From Eubacteriales bacterium (GTDB lineage Bacteria > Bacillota > Clostridia > Oscillospirales > CAG-272): 54,185 nucleotides of DNA. Within the stretch, counting starts at the first letter, position 1; every line of letters begins with the position of its first letter. Below, piece by piece: positions 52,844 through 54,185 of the stretch. The notes beneath the pieces are model-generated. The model did not search any database. It was not told the origin of the DNA and saw only the letters and a program-made list of their open reading frames with translations. The position numbers and the translations under genes are program-made. The stretch lies in assembly GCA_045596505.1 (NCBI GenBank), contig JAZOCO010000005.1, positions 1-54,185 on the forward strand. The letters are read 5' to 3'.

Positions 52844-53689
52844 ATGGAGCTTTTACAGTTAAAATATTTTTGCGATGCCGCACAAACCGAAAATTTTTCA
52901 AAAACAGCGAGAAAATATCTCGTACCAACATCTAACATATCACAATCGATCAAGCGGCTGGAAAAGGAGCTTGAGTGCGAGCTGTTTGATCACAAAAAAA
53001 ATAAAATTGCATTAAACGACGAGGGAAAGCAGTTTTACGCAAGCGTATCACAGGCGCTCCTGTTGTTAGATGCCGCCAAGGCGCACGTCCTTGAAAAGGG
53101 AGAGCAGCTGCAAGGAGACATTCGTCTGGCGTGCATGAGCAATCGCGGCAAAGTGACCAACGCGATCGAAGCGTTTTTAAAGCAGCATCCACAAGTGAAT
53201 TTTATCATCCAGCACAGCCTTAGTAAGGACCAAGATCTTGACGTTATCATCTCGGATATCCATCCTGCCGAATACAGTGAAAAGCTTTTGCTGGTCGACG
53301 AACAGATCTCGGTTGCCATGAACAAAAAGCATCCCTTGGCAAGCAAGCCGCTTTTGACAGTAGCCGAATTAGAGCACGAACGATTTATTACCATGCCGCC
53401 CAACTCAAGCCTTCACAAGATCACGATGGACGCCTGTGCCGAGGCTGATTTTATTCCAAACGTCGTTATCCAAATAGACGACCCCTTTTACCTGCGCAGA
53501 TATATCGAAATGGGTCTTGGGATCGCCTTTGTCCCCTCCCTTTCTTGGAACGGTCTTTTCCCCCCGAATATCGTTTTGAAAAAGGCGGAAAGCATTCGAA
53601 GAAAAACTTATGCATTTCTTCCAAAAAGAAAATACGTCAAGCATTCCGTTGAGGTGTTCTTGCAATTTCTAAAAGACGAGATGAAGTGA
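52844..53689 (+). CDS. LysR family transcriptional regulator
   Basis: MELLQLKYFCDAAQTENFSKTARKYLVPTSNISQSIKRLE is a LysR HTH. 281 aa. A TTGACA-N17-TACTAT promoter lies upstream. Confidence 0.88.
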   Translation: MELLQLKYFCDAAQTENFSKTARKYLVPTSNISQSIKRLEKELECELFDHKKNKIALNDEGKQFYASVSQALLLLDAAKAHVLEKGEQLQGDIRLACMSNRGKVTNAIEAFLKQHPQVNFIIQHSLSKDQDLDVIISDIHPAEYSEKLLLVDEQISVAMNKKHPLASKPLLTVAELEHERFITMPPNSSLHKITMDACAEADFIPNVVIQIDDPFYLRRYIEMGLGIAFVPSLSWNGLFPPNIVLKKAESIRRKTYAFLPKRKYVKHSVEVFLQFLKDEMK

Positions 53690-53953
53690 CCGGCTTGGAA
53701 CGCCAAAGGCAAAGCTGTGCCTGCAAGCTATTATGCGCAGCACTTTCGTTGTGCCAAAGCTGTGTGTGCCACGTTTTTAAACTTTTTTCCAAAAAATGCA
53801 CAAATTTTGCAAATCAACTTGACGCCCGCACCGTTGTTTGCTATACTGGTCGTAGCGTGCAATTTCTCCATTGTAAAAAAATAATGTTATTTTTTAATAT
53901 CGCGGGCGCATGCGTACGCCCCACGCGCGCACGACCACAAAATAGGAGGACTT

Positions 53954-54185
53954 ATGAAAGCAGGATTTGCAGAAGTTGATTTTACACCCTTACAGGGCTT
54001 TATGCCCGGAGAATTCCCCGCCTTTTTCGCGTCGGGTGCCTACACCCCCTGCAGGCAAACGCTGCCGCATTTGAAAACGAGGGGGAAGCGGTGATCCTCA
54101 TCTCCGCTGACTACCTTCAATTTCCAAACGCATACGCAACGGATATCCGCACGCGCATTGCCGCACAAACGGGCATAAAATTCGA
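53954..54185 (+). pseudogene. Second ceramidase-like paralog, apparently frameshifted at a C5 tract (3' end outside the window)
   Basis: ATG at 53954 after AGGAGGA gives MKAGFAEVDFTP..ASGAYTP, then a stop at about 54088. From 54049 the frame one base back reads LQANAAAFENEGEAVILISADYLQ.. and is collinear with the paralog at 51311..52618. The shift maps to CCCCC at 54045-54049. Confidence 0.6.

Overview
This is a 54.2-kb chromosomal window from a moderately GC-rich Firmicute, apparently a spore-forming member of the Clostridia (cotJABC, AbrB, a DUF3794-LysM spore-morphogenesis-like protein; many TTGACA-N17-TATAAT promoters). It is mostly core genome. It holds two tandem DegV + DAK2 (FakB/FakA-like fatty-acid-kinase) modules, ThrE exporter genes, a tRNA Gly-Arg-His cluster and a T-box-controlled sodium:solute symporter operon. 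It also holds cotJABC, a PPIase, RNase J, abrB plus a PPTase, ddl, proA, prmC, asnB and the conserved remA-gmk-rpoZ-priA-def-fmt-rsmB-rlmN-rsgA-thiN block. The right end carries efp, perR-rbr, and a LysR regulator flanked by two ceramidase-like paralogs, one of them frameshifted. I found no CRISPR array, integrase, transposase, prophage or recognisable defence or toxin system. The most unusual signal is non-coding. There are at least two related families of structured intergenic repeats: GGGTCATYCTGAG tandem units with hairpin arms at three loci, and ~170-nt direct repeats with covarying stems bracketing cotJABC. A sequence-conserved terminator-hairpin family occurs at eight sites. All protein calls come from motif recognition by eye, with no database search.
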